Made by a program: the position numbers and the translations under genes
Source: a virus
Lineage: Duplodnaviria; Caudoviricetes
DNA length: 32,909 nucleotides
IMG/VR virus record: IMGVR_UViG_3300036833_000578
Location: 1 to 32,909 of that record
Reading direction: 5' to 3' (one strand)
Notes under the pieces: model-generated
What the model was told of the DNA's origin: nothing
Seen by the model: only the letters and a program-made list of their open reading frames with translations
The model's database searches: none
In this document: positions 8,154 through 16,794 of the stretch, in pieces
How positions within the stretch are numbered: the first letter of the stretch is position 1
How the letters are laid out: each line of letters begins with the position of its first letter

Positions 8154-9588
8154 GCGCGCGACGGCCGATGCCGAGGTCGTTGATTTCGGCAAATTTCGCG
8201 AAGAGTTCGGGGGCGGTGGTCGAGGCGGCGGTAGTGGTCCGCCAAGTGCGCCGAGCGAGCCGATCGACGCGCCGGTTTTCGCCTCCGAAGACGCGATGGG
8301 GCTGCAGTTGGTCGATGAGCTCGGCGAGGATTGGCACTACGTCGAAAAATGGGATGAGTGGATTACCTGGAACGGCAGCTATTGGGAGCGCGATGAAAAA
8401 TGCCGAGTGTTCGACCGGGCGCGCAACGTATGTCGAGGGACCGCCGGCCCGATGGAGAAAAAAGCCGGGAACCTGAGGCGTCTGATCAGCTCGCGCCGCA
8501 CGACGTGGAGCGTCGAGCAATTTGCCCGCAAAGATCAGAGGATGATCATGACCCCCGATGCTTTTGACGCCGACCCGTTTTTGCTCAACACGCCGGGCGG
8601 CATCGTCGATTTGGTGACCGGACAACTCTATGGTCACGAGCGCGACAAGTGGATGACGGAGCTCGCCGGTGCCGGCCCCGAGGGTGAATGTCCGAATTGG
8701 ATGCGGTTTCTGCACGAGATCACCAACGGCGATCTTGTGTATCAGCAATATCTGCAGCGGCTGATCGGGTACAGCCTGACCGGCTCGTGCGAAGAGGAGA
8801 TCTTCGCATTTTGCTATGGCCCGCCGAATACCGGTAAAAGCAAGTTTGTCGAGACCATCAGATTGCTGCACGGGACCTATGGCACGAGTGCCCCGATGTC
8901 ATCCTTTGTCGCAACCACCGCAGAGAGACATCCGGCCGATCTTGCCGGTTTTGCTGGCAAACGGCTCGTGACCGCAGCCGAGACCGATGAGGGTCGACGG
9001 TGGGATCAGCAGCGGATTACCAACCTGACCGGGCGTGATCAGATCAAGGCGCGGTTTATGCATGGTGAGTTTTTCGTCTACTATCCGCAATTTCTCCTAT
9101 TCTTTCACGGCAATTGCCGTCCCAGGCTCGGCGGTATTGATATGGCAATGCGGCGGCGCCTTCATCTGCTGCCGTTCACGCACAAGCCAAAGGAGATCGA
9201 TCCGCACCTGATCGACAAATTCAAGGCTGAGCTCGGCGGCATCATGGTGTGGGCGGTACATGGCGCTGTGTTGTGGAGAAAGCACGGTCTAATGCCGCCG
9301 CCAATCGTCAAACAAGCAACGCAAGATTACTTTGATCGCGAGAACCTGATCGAGGCTTGGCTCGAGGATCGCTGCTTGCGCGATCCAGACGCGAAGACCG
9401 AGCTCGGCTTGGTTTACACCGATTATGCCGACTGGACTAAGCGGGCCAACGAATATGTCTTGTCGCGGCGGCGGTTTGTCGATGCTCTCGAGAACCTCGG
9501 CTTTAATCGCGGCCTAGACGGGGGCTCGCGGCGCGCAACGATTGCTGGTCTCGCACTTATTGCACGACCTGGTGATTTGGGAGTGTGA
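8143..9588 (+). CDS. P4/D5-family primase-associated SF3 helicase
   Basis: D5_N-like WxxWNG..W and DADPFLLNTPGGIVDL; Walker A GPPNTGKS; Walker B VTAAETDE; LTGRDQIKARFMH; C-terminal winged helix. Confidence 0.93.
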   Translation: MSDERATADAEVVDFGKFREEFGGGGRGGGSGPPSAPSEPIDAPVFASEDAMGLQLVDELGEDWHYVEKWDEWITWNGSYWERDEKCRVFDRARNVCRGTAGPMEKKAGNLRRLISSRRTTWSVEQFARKDQRMIMTPDAFDADPFLLNTPGGIVDLVTGQLYGHERDKWMTELAGAGPEGECPNWMRFLHEITNGDLVYQQYLQRLIGYSLTGSCEEEIFAFCYGPPNTGKSKFVETIRLLHGTYGTSAPMSSFVATTAERHPADLAGFAGKRLVTAAETDEGRRWDQQRITNLTGRDQIKARFMHGEFFVYYPQFLLFFHGNCRPRLGGIDMAMRRRLHLLPFTHKPKEIDPHLIDKFKAELGGIMVWAVHGAVLWRKHGLMPPPIVKQATQDYFDRENLIEAWLEDRCLRDPDAKTELGLVYTDYADWTKRANEYVLSRRRFVDALENLGFNRGLDGGSRRATIAGLALIARPGDLGV

Positions 9589-9590
9589 TA

Positions 9591-9806
9591 ATGAGTGCAA
9601 TGGATAGGATATATCGCAGGGTGCTCAACCAGGCCGACAACGCTTTGGGTCAGGTCGAGGGTCAATGGGCCCGCTTGGCCGAGTTTCTGCGTGTGTTGGA
9701 CAGGCGACAAATTGTCGATGTCGATGATACCGACGTGATCATCCAAGATGTGACCACCAAGATCCGCGTATTGCGCGAGAGGATTGACACATGGCTCGAC
9801 GCGTAG
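9591..9806 (+). CDS. small coiled-coil hypothetical protein
   Basis: GGAG RBS, directly after the helicase stop. Confidence 0.6.
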   Translation: MSAMDRIYRRVLNQADNALGQVEGQWARLAEFLRVLDRRQIVDVDDTDVIIQDVTTKIRVLRERIDTWLDA

Positions 9807-9863
9807 GTCCGCTCGCTGCGGTTGAGTGTGATATCGTGGCCTTGGTGTGGGATGTGGGTAACA

Positions 9864-9973
9864 CCGAAGGCAACGAAGGCAAGGACCGGTAACCGGTGTC
9901 ACCCGGGTGTGCACGTGCGTATATATGCGCCCGGGTGACACCGGTTACCCTGTGTTGCCTTCGTTGCCTTCGG
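9864..9973. repeat. 110-bp inverted repeat, candidate replication origin
   Basis: Perfect 19-bp arms 9864-9882/9955-9973, each holding two CGAAGGCAA iterons; perfect 20-bp arms 9888-9907/9930-9949; central TATATA. Confidence 0.85.
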
Positions 9974-10080
9974 GCTTGTTTTGTTCTCATGGTTCCGCGC
10001 TTAGGCGGTTGCAGCTACCTTGGTCGGGCTCGACGGGTTGGTAAGCCGCTGATGGAATGGAATAAACTAAGGGGGTTATA

Positions 10081-10629
10081 ATGACCGATCGTGGCTTTAA
10101 GGCGGGTCTCGCCGGGGCGGTCGAGGCGGCGCGCCAGCAAGAGTTGCAGCAATTGGCCCGGCAGCTCGACTTTGGCTTCGACCCAGGCCAGGCGACCCCC
10201 GACCAGAGTGTGCAGGACGCGCCCGGTGAAGTTGCAAAGCGGGGTCGACCTGCAGGGTCGCGGAACAAGAGAACTGACGCGGCTTCGCGGTTCTACATGA
10301 GCCAGTTTGGCGATCCGCTGGCTCGGGGAGCGCAGATCTCGGCCCTTCCGATACTCGCTGAGGGCGTATTGCCGGAGCTCGCCAAGGTGCTCGGCTGCGA
10401 GCGCTTCGAGGCAGCCAAGTGGTGGGCCGGCGTTTATGCCGCGACGCTCCCGTTTATGCATCAGCGGTTGAGCACACTCACAGTTCGGCCGGAAGGCTCG
10501 CCGGAGGGTGAACCGGTCAGCTGGACGTTCAGTGAGGAGATCCTCGAACTCGTCCACACCACCCAGGACGCGCGGCGCCAGGAAGCGCTCGAGGCCGAGC
10601 AAGAGCTCGAACCACAATCCGGGGAATGA
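10081..10629 (+). CDS. probable terminase small subunit / DNA-binding protein
   Basis: KRGRPAGSRNKRT...DPL...AATLPFMHQRLS pattern typical of TerS-like proteins. Confidence 0.6.
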   Translation: MTDRGFKAGLAGAVEAARQQELQQLARQLDFGFDPGQATPDQSVQDAPGEVAKRGRPAGSRNKRTDAASRFYMSQFGDPLARGAQISALPILAEGVLPELAKVLGCERFEAAKWWAGVYAATLPFMHQRLSTLTVRPEGSPEGEPVSWTFSEEILELVHTTQDARRQEALEAEQELEPQSGE

Positions 10630-11219
10630 ATTGCGATGGCCGTGATTATTGCGCTCGAATGTCGCATAAGCTCCATTATGGAAAATGCGGTCTGCAGCGA
10701 TATCAACGTGTTAGGCTGTTGCGTGCCTTATCCGCAATGCTGGAAGCCGTCGATTACCAGATCTAGTGGGTCGTGATGAACCAGGGGGCGCGCAACCCAA
10801 GCATCGCTTATCGCAATATTGCGACGAACCGAGCTTGTCCTCGTCGTCGCCAGCACGCGCCGTCAGCCACAGCGCCACGATCGCCACCAGGACAACAAGC
10901 GTCTGCGGCGACCACAGCATTCGGGGCGGTACGCGGATTCGCCTATGGGATGATCCCGTCTTTATTGCTTTGGTGGCTGATTATTTGGGCAGTCAGGGTA
11001 ATACTGCGCGAGATCTTTCGACTGGCAGCATAGACTGGGGAACTGATGTGATTACTGTGGCTCTATTAGAAAAGGCACTCCAAAGACCCCCCGGTGGGTA
11101 TGCCGGAAAAAGCGGCGATACCTTGGTAGGGGTTGGGCTGGCTCGAGCGCCTCGATTTCTTAAAAATTTTTGCAGACCGCTGAAATTTCAGAAAAATTGT
11201 TGAACCGAAGGAGTGACTG

Positions 11220-11744
11220 ATGGGTGAAGCGAAGCGGCGCGAACAGATCCGCAAAACCTTCGAGGCGGTGCGTGCCAGCATATGGACGTTTCTTGGCGAC
11301 GCCGCGGAGCGGGTCCACGTCAAGCGGGCTGATCTGCTCGCACTCCTCCTTGAGCACGGGATGCTCGGCGGCGGGTTTGACGAGGCGGAGTCGGATTACT
11401 TCATCAGCCGGATGGAGGCGATCGAGCAGGCTCTCCCGCAGCGGGAAGGGGAAGCTCCAACCTCACCCCAGCCGGCGCCGGTGCCTAGGTCGCTCGATCA
11501 GACCGCGGTCGGCAGGCTGGCGCTGCGCCAGGTTGGTGATCACTGGGTGGCCTTCTACGCCGTACCCGACAGCATGGAGGACGCCCTGGAGCTCGCCCGC
11601 ATCCGCATGGTCCTGGTCGAAAGAGAGGACCGCCGGCATGAATTTATGCGGGTGATGGCGGAGGTGGTCGCCGATCTGATCGAAGAGCAGGTCGGGGTGC
11701 GGCCGTTCATGCCGGGACCCCAGCCGGCGCCGCGTGCGAACTGA
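11220..11744 (+). CDS. hypothetical protein
   Basis: AAGGAG RBS; MGEAKRR N-terminus. Confidence 0.75.
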   Translation: MGEAKRREQIRKTFEAVRASIWTFLGDAAERVHVKRADLLALLLEHGMLGGGFDEAESDYFISRMEAIEQALPQREGEAPTSPQPAPVPRSLDQTAVGRLALRQVGDHWVAFYAVPDSMEDALELARIRMVLVEREDRRHEFMRVMAEVVADLIEEQVGVRPFMPGPQPAPRAN

Positions 11745-11852
11745 GGGAGGGTTGATGAGCGCGAACGAGCAGATGTTGTTGCGCCAAATCCTCGAAACAT
11801 TGCGCGAGATCCTCGAAGTGTTGCGCAAGATCGAGCGGCAGATCCCCGCGGA

Positions 11853-12098
11853 TTGATCATGGAAATCAAGCTGCGGATCAGCGGCAGCGGAATCGCCCAT
11901 AATGGCATCAGGGCGATCGGAGGGCGCGAAGAGCTCTGTGACGCGACCTCGGCAATTAGCTGCCTGCACGACGCATTACTTGCTGTCGCAAAAGGAACTG
12001 TCACTCCGGCCGAGATCCGGGATTTCTTTTGGCATCGCGATCTTGACAAGGCGGAGTTCTTTGGTGGCGTGATTTCGTTTACACGGACTGAAGGGTGA
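11853..12098 (+). CDS. hypothetical protein
   Basis: Coupled ORF in the rightward accessory operon. Confidence 0.55.
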   Translation: MIMEIKLRISGSGIAHNGIRAIGGREELCDATSAISCLHDALLAVAKGTVTPAEIRDFFWHRDLDKAEFFGGVISFTRTEG

Positions 12099-12466
12099 GA
12101 AGGATGATCTCGCTGTTGATGGCGGTCCGGGGGGGTGGACAACCGGTGCCGGTGATCGAGGTCGCGGGGCCCGCGCCAAGCTTCACGTTCTGGTACCCCC
12201 CGAGCATGGCGAACCCTCTTCCGGTCATCGATATGGGCGGTGCGGGTGCTGGAGCGTCGATCAATGGGCCCTATCCGCCGACGGCGAGTGCGCCGTGGCC
12301 GATGCACGTCGTGCCGGGCGGGGTGGTGCCGCCGATCGACACCTGGTGGCTGCCGACAACGGACAATCCGTGGCCGGTGGTGCTCGTTACCGGGGTGACG
12401 CTACCAGACATCCACACCTGGTGGCCGCCGTCGGCGCAGATGCCCTGGCCGGTCTATTTCGTATGA
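12095..12466 (+). CDS. Trp/Pro-rich repeat protein
   Basis: Four copies of an (aromatic)xP(x4-5)P[WL]P[VM] motif. Confidence 0.7.
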   Translation: MRRMISLLMAVRGGGQPVPVIEVAGPAPSFTFWYPPSMANPLPVIDMGGAGAGASINGPYPPTASAPWPMHVVPGGVVPPIDTWWLPTTDNPWPVVLVTGVTLPDIHTWWPPSAQMPWPVYFV

Positions 12467-12738
12467 AGGTTCGAAAGTGGAAGGAGGAGTTTGAGGGTCT
12501 GACCGCGGAGACAGTCGCCGACATTGTCCGCGTCACCTGCCTCAATCGCGCGGCGCGCAAGGGGGTCAAACCGCTGGAAGTGGATACCTCTGGTTGGCAA
12601 ATTCCCAGCGACGGGGGTGAGTTGCTCGATCTGATCGAGGGCAAAATTCGCCAAGCCGAAGAGGCGGCGGGCTGGGACAAGATCCCGGATTTGCCGCTCG
12701 ACGAGCGACGGCGCCGAGCCGGGCTTCCCCCATTATGA
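12463..12738 (+). CDS. hypothetical protein
   Basis: ATGA-coupled start MKVRKWKEEFEG. Confidence 0.6.
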   Translation: MKVRKWKEEFEGLTAETVADIVRVTCLNRAARKGVKPLEVDTSGWQIPSDGGELLDLIEGKIRQAEEAAGWDKIPDLPLDERRRRAGLPPL

Positions 12739-12929
12739 CCTACATCTATCGTGGCGACCATCGGCTGCGGATCAGGCGGATCATCTGGCACTGGCACGGC
12801 CGGGTGCGGCACTGGGAGGTCTCATTCGACCGGGGGCCGCGAGTCTCCGTCGGGATGCATCGCCGGTTCACTGTGGCGTTGCTGCAGGCGCTCAGGGGGA
12901 TCTATGTCCCGCAGCGCGACCCCCGCTAA
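12735..12929 (+). CDS. small basic hypothetical protein
   Basis: ATGA-coupled ORF. Confidence 0.5.
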   Translation: MTYIYRGDHRLRIRRIIWHWHGRVRHWEVSFDRGPRVSVGMHRRFTVALLQALRGIYVPQRDPR

Positions 12930-13138
12930 TGCACCACGAATTTGATTGCGCCGGGTGCGGCCGGCACATCTACCAGTTCGGTGGGCCGATCTCTGTCTCT
13001 TGCGCGCTCTGCATTGCGCTCCCGGGCTGGCAGAACGACCCCGAGCTGGTGAAAATCTTCGATCCCGACATGCCGATCGGCGGCTGGCGGGACGATCAGG
13101 GAGGCTCCCGTGATAGCGACGAGACATCTGAGCGGTGA
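12929..13138 (+). CDS. small zinc-finger protein
   Basis: CAGC...CALC; TAATG coupling. Confidence 0.6.
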   Translation: MHHEFDCAGCGRHIYQFGGPISVSCALCIALPGWQNDPELVKIFDPDMPIGGWRDDQGGSRDSDETSER

Positions 13139-13364
13139 GGATCACCAAAAACTGGCGCACCTGCTCAACCAGGCCCAGGACAACTTGAACGAGGCGACCC
13201 GAATTGTTAAGCGGGCGCCGTTTAGCGATCGCGTGCTCAACGCCAGTAAACAGGTGCAGGAGCGGCTGATCGATCCGTTGCGCGAGGCCTGGAACGCGCA
13301 TTTCGCCGGCCTTGGGCACGAGAACCCGTATCAAAGCATCGGCTATGGCCGCGGACGGCGCTGA
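13110..13364 (+). CDS. hypothetical helical protein
   Basis: GGAGG RBS before the GTG start. Confidence 0.6.
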   Translation: MIATRHLSGEDHQKLAHLLNQAQDNLNEATRIVKRAPFSDRVLNASKQVQERLIDPLREAWNAHFAGLGHENPYQSIGYGRGRR

Positions 13365-13698
13365 CAAGCCGGGGATGCGCCTGTTGGGCTGGCGCAAGGT
13401 CGGTAAGGGCAAGGTGATCGGAGTCGCCAGCATCGAGCTGCCGAACGGGTTTCGCATCCATGAGATCATGGTGTTTCGCGGGCAAGACGGGCCCTATGGG
13501 ATGCTGCCGTCGCGGCCGCGGCTCAACCGCGACAAGCGGCTCGTCGTCGACTCGGCCGGCAAGCAGGTCTACGAGACGCTGAACGAGTGGAAATCGGCCG
13601 CGCTGGGCAAGGCATGGAGCGCCAAGCTGATCGAGCTCTGCCGGGCTGCGCACGGCGATGATTTCTATGATCCCGAGACCGGGGAATTTGATGCGTAG
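13345..13698 (+). CDS. SpoVG/PC4-like putative single-stranded nucleic-acid-binding protein
   Basis: IELPNGFRIHEIMVFRG..GPYGMLPSRP...GKQVY, with an acidic C-terminal tail (DDFYDPETGEFDA). Confidence 0.55.
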   Translation: MAADGADKPGMRLLGWRKVGKGKVIGVASIELPNGFRIHEIMVFRGQDGPYGMLPSRPRLNRDKRLVVDSAGKQVYETLNEWKSAALGKAWSAKLIELCRAAHGDDFYDPETGEFDA

Positions 13699-13834
13699 GC
13701 GAGGCGCGGTGCCGAATGGCGGATCGTTTCGGTCAAATGGCGTCCGGTAGATACCCAGAGCGACAGCCGCGCCGGTGATGCGTGCAGGTAGGCGGCCGCC
13801 CTCCCCGTGGCGGTTGAAAACCGAAGGAGAGCCG

Positions 13835-14293
13835 ATGACCGAGTATCGAATGCCGCCGCTGCCGCTCGAGGGCGGTGATGTCGCGCGACCGGAAAAGCCG
13901 ATCCTGTGTCTCGATTTTGACGGGGTATTGCACTCCTACGTGACCGGTTGGAAGGGAGCGACCGAGATCCCCGACCCGCCGGTCCCCGGCTTTGCCGAAT
14001 TTTTGGCGGCCGCGGTGATGCGGTTCCGGGTGTGCGTCTATTCTTCGCGTTCGTCCTCGCCAGCGGGCATCAAGGCGATGCAGCGGTGGCTCTACGACGC
14101 GTTAGCCCAGGCCGCGGATCCCCGCACTGCCGCTGTGCTCTTCGATATGATCGATTTTCCCAAGAGCAAGCCGGCGGCGTTTCTGACGATCGATGATCGG
14201 GCGATGATGTTTACCGGGACCTGGCCGGCGGTCGAGGAGCTGGTCAACTTCCGGCCTTGGTATTGGCGTCCCCCAACCAAAGAGGAGGCATAG
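13835..14293 (+). CDS. HAD-superfamily phosphatase
   Basis: Motif I LDFDGVL, motif II VYSSR, KP, motif IV IDDRA. Confidence 0.88.
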   Translation: MTEYRMPPLPLEGGDVARPEKPILCLDFDGVLHSYVTGWKGATEIPDPPVPGFAEFLAAAVMRFRVCVYSSRSSSPAGIKAMQRWLYDALAQAADPRTAAVLFDMIDFPKSKPAAFLTIDDRAMMFTGTWPAVEELVNFRPWYWRPPTKEEA

Positions 14294-14295
14294 GC

Positions 14296-14511
14296 GTGCA
14301 TTACATGCGGCAGTTTTTTGTGTTTGATCACCTGCCCGAACACCTGCGGGAGATCAGCAAGCCGTTCGCCGAGCTCGCCGAGTGGATCGACGAGCAGCTG
14401 CCGGGAAACCCGGAAAAAGAGACGGCGCTGCGCAAGCTGCTCGAGGCGAAAGACTGCGCGGTGCGGGCCCGGCTGTTTAGGGGAACCCAAAGCCTGTCGG
14501 CGCGCGAGTGA
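14296..14511 (+). CDS. small helical-hairpin phage protein (possibly Acb2/Tad1-like)
   Basis: FDHLPEHLREISKPFAELA..IDEQLPGNPEKETALRKLLEAKDCAVRA; GAGGAGG RBS. Confidence 0.65.
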   Translation: MHYMRQFFVFDHLPEHLREISKPFAELAEWIDEQLPGNPEKETALRKLLEAKDCAVRARLFRGTQSLSARE

Positions 14512-14747
14512 CGGAGGAACAATCGCAGAAGCTGGCGAACATGATCGCCAGACTCGAGGAAGCGTTGACGCAGGCGGAGTTTGCGATTGATGCCGAGAGC
14601 CTGCAGGAATTCAAAAAGGTGCAGCCGCCGAGATTGATCCCGGTTCAAGATTCGGGGACGCTGGAGCTCAAGCATTGGATTCCGGTCTGGCAGGTCGCCG
14701 AGGTGTTGATGCGTCTGCGCGATGCTCGCGGAGGCGGCGATGCCTGA
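14508..14747 (+). CDS. hypothetical protein
   Basis: GTGA-coupled ORF. Confidence 0.6.
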   Translation: MTEEQSQKLANMIARLEEALTQAEFAIDAESLQEFKKVQPPRLIPVQDSGTLELKHWIPVWQVAEVLMRLRDARGGGDA

Positions 14748-15081
14748 TGAGACCAGGGTGTGGATCGCGCAGTGTCTGTGCTCGCAGCGGCACTGTATCG
14801 CGGGCACGGCCGACGAGGCGGCTGACGAGACGGAGGCCAGGCGCACGGTCGCCGAGGCGTTGCGCAGGCAAATTCGCGACTTGATCACCAGCGGTGCGAT
14901 CAACCCGTGGTGCGGGATCTGTCATGCGCCGCGCGAGAGTTGGCACTTCGAGCTCGGCCGCACCGTCTGGGCGACCCTGGAGGAGGCGGCGCTGGCGCTC
15001 GAAAAGAACGCGATCGAGCAGGCTGCGGCGGGGGTGATATTTGGTGAGTTCCTCGGTGTCAAAAGCCGGAGCAGGCATTGA
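14740..15081 (+). CDS. putative zinc-binding protein
   Basis: CLCxxxHC...CGIC; GGAGG RBS. Confidence 0.65.
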   Translation: MPDETRVWIAQCLCSQRHCIAGTADEAADETEARRTVAEALRRQIRDLITSGAINPWCGICHAPRESWHFELGRTVWATLEEAALALEKNAIEQAAAGVIFGEFLGVKSRSRH

Positions 15082-15151
15082 TCGACGTCAAAGGTTCCCG
15101 TTATCCCGGTAGACGGGATAGTGCCGCGGCCGAGCACTGAGCCTGCTCGCC

Positions 15152-15331
15152 TTATGGCTCTTCGCGGTCGTTCAATTTGTCGTCAAGTTCTGGTGATCCG
15201 CAGATGGGGCAGACGATCCAGATCAGTTTTCGTGGTGCTTCGGGGGTGTCGCCGGGGACCAGGCGGGCCACCATCCCGGCCTCGCCACCGTAAGGTGAGC
15301 ATTCGGGACAACCGGCGGGTTTGGGGATCAT
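15152..15331 (-). CDS. 59-aa zinc-ribbon protein (not in ORF track)
   Basis: MIPKPAGCPECSPYGGEAG...IVCPICGSPELDDKLNDREEP; GGAAG upstream. Confidence 0.55.
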   Translation of the reverse strand: MIPKPAGCPECSPYGGEAGMVARLVPGDTPEAPRKLIWIVCPICGSPELDDKLNDREEP

Positions 15332-15343
15332 AGGGCTTCCGTG

Positions 15344-15382
15344 AAACGAAAAAGGGCGCCGCTTTCCAGGGCGGCGCCCTTT
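15344..15382 (-). terminator. rho-independent terminator closing the sciP operon
   Basis: 12-bp stem AAAGGGCGCCGC/GCGGCGCCCTTT; U-rich tail on the minus strand. Confidence 0.85.
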
Positions 15383-15406
15383 AGTTGCAGAGAAACTCTT
15401 TATCGG

Positions 15407-15664
15407 CTATCCGGCGACGAGCCGCAAGGGTCGTGCCCGGCGGCCGCGGATGTCCGCCTTGAGGCCGCCCTTGCCGTGCCGCTCGACGGCGGTCTGCCAC
15501 TCGCTGAGCTCGGTCCGGGTGATCTCGTAACGGCGATAGGCTTCCTCGGCGGTCAATTCATTGAGGCGGACGGCCTCGACGACGGCCAGCTTTTTGCCCG
15601 GTGTCCACCGCTTCACCGGCGGCGCCGGCAGCGGCACCGGCAGAAAACGTGGTTGTGAGGTCAT
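15407..15664 (-). CDS. sciP: SciP-like CtrA inhibitor (DUF1153)
   Basis: LPAPPVKRWTPGKKLAVVEAVRLNELTAEEAYRRYEITRTELSEWQTAVERHGKGGLK matches SciP (LPP..T.RW..RRKA.VV.AV..GL.S.EEA..RY.L..EEF..WQ..I.RHG..GLR); GGAG RBS. Confidence 0.85.
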   Translation of the reverse strand: MTSQPRFLPVPLPAPPVKRWTPGKKLAVVEAVRLNELTAEEAYRRYEITRTELSEWQTAVERHGKGGLKADIRGRRARPLRLVAG

Positions 15665-15957
15665 GGTTGTCTCCATAAGTTCGAGGTCTCGTTTCTCGAC
15701 GCGGGTTCTCCGTGGCCCCGATCGCCGGGGGCGGGCACGCCGCCGGGGTGTTCCAGCACCTGCGGCGGCACCTCGCCGCCTGTGGCACGACAGCGCGCCA
15801 TGAACATCTCGACCTTGGCCGAGGAGATCACGGCGCCGTCGCCGGCAAACGCGCGTAGCTGTGCCACCCGCTGGCGGCACAGCTGGTCCGGGGTAGAACA
15901 GGCCGCGAGCAGCATTACTGCTGCTCCGGCGAGCGTGCGGGCTAATCGCGCCGACAT
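15661..15957 (-). CDS. lipoprotein
   Basis: Signal peptide with lipobox LLAA-C. Confidence 0.7.
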   Translation of the reverse strand: MSARLARTLAGAAVMLLAACSTPDQLCRQRVAQLRAFAGDGAVISSAKVEMFMARCRATGGEVPPQVLEHPGGVPAPGDRGHGEPASRNETSNLWRQP

Positions 15958-16256
15958 TGCTCTTCCTGTTCTTGACGAACACGGCTCAGGCGCTCTTCGA
16001 GCTCCTCGCGGGCGTCGTATCGAGCCCGGTCGATTGCTCGTTCCAGCTGGTGTTCGGCGTGGTGTAGCTGCTCGCAATGTTGCCAATGATCGCGGCCGCG
16101 ACCGCCCTGGACGGGCTGCGGGATGGCGATGCCAGGAGCGAGAGGGACGGTGACTCCAGGGACGGCGGGAACGGGTATCTGGACATATTGCGCCGCGGCC
16201 GGGAGGGCTGTGATGGCGAGTAGAGCGGCGGTCAGTGCAGTTTTTAACATTTCCAA
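15942..16256 (-). CDS. secreted/periplasmic small protein
   Basis: Sec signal MLKTALTAALLAITALPAAA-Q; two Cys flank a charged helical hairpin. Confidence 0.75.
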   Translation of the reverse strand: MEMLKTALTAALLAITALPAAAQYVQIPVPAVPGVTVPLAPGIAIPQPVQGGRGRDHWQHCEQLHHAEHQLERAIDRARYDAREELEERLSRVRQEQEEQCRRD

Positions 16257-16267
16257 TCTCCGTGGTT

Positions 16268-16459
16268 TCAGAGGCGGGGGGTGCGGCGGCGGTCGCCGAG
16301 GTGACGGCGGATAAACGCTGCCTCCTTCGCGGGGTCGAGGACCTCGCGAAGATCGCGATCGGCCGGCAATCGGGCGGCGCGCTCGAAGACCACTTCGAGG
16401 TGTTCGAGCGCCCGCCGAAGGCGGTCGATGATGGGGGTCAGATCGTCTGGGCTCTTCAT
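16268..16459 (-). CDS. small hypothetical protein
   Basis: ATGA overlap with the ctrA-like stop. Confidence 0.6.
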   Translation of the reverse strand: MKSPDDLTPIIDRLRRALEHLEVVFERAARLPADRDLREVLDPAKEAAFIRRHLGDRRRTPRL

Positions 16460-16794
16460 TGCCGCAGCACGTAACCGCGGCCCCAGACGGTCTGGATCAG
16501 CTTATCGGCCGAGGTGAGGGTCGCGGCGAACTTGCCGCGGATCTTGCAGACGAAGACGTCGATGATCTTCTGGCAGGGCTCGGTCGTCGACGGGTAGAGG
16601 TGATCGAGGATCTGGCTCTTTGAGACGATGGTGCCGGCGTGCGAGGCCAGGCACTCGACGAGCGCATATTCCTTTTTGGTCAGACGCACCGGGTGTCCGG
16701 CGAGCTCGACCGTGGTGGCGACGCAGTCGATGCGCAGCGGGCCGATCTGGTGCCGTGCGCAGGCCGGGTTTGGTTCGCTAGACGGATCTGGCAT
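16456..16794 (-). CDS. CtrA-like winged-helix DNA-binding domain lacking the receiver domain
   Basis: VRLTKKEY...HLY...EP.QKIIDVFVCKIR...IQTVWGRGYVLR closely follows CtrA ([22 protein letters not shown]...IETVWGRGYVLR); AGGAG RBS. Confidence 0.88.
   Translation of the reverse strand: MPDPSSEPNPACARHQIGPLRIDCVATTVELAGHPVRLTKKEYALVECLASHAGTIVSKSQILDHLYPSTTEPCQKIIDVFVCKIRGKFAATLTSADKLIQTVWGRGYVLRQ

Noticed and set aside
9864-9973. CRISPR array, terminator or MITE
   Set aside because: It is a single nested palindrome with no spacers, no U-tract and no target-site duplication.
10711-10920. Small membrane protein on the minus strand
   Set aside because: A hydrophobic stretch is present, but there is no clear RBS or operon context; left uncalled.
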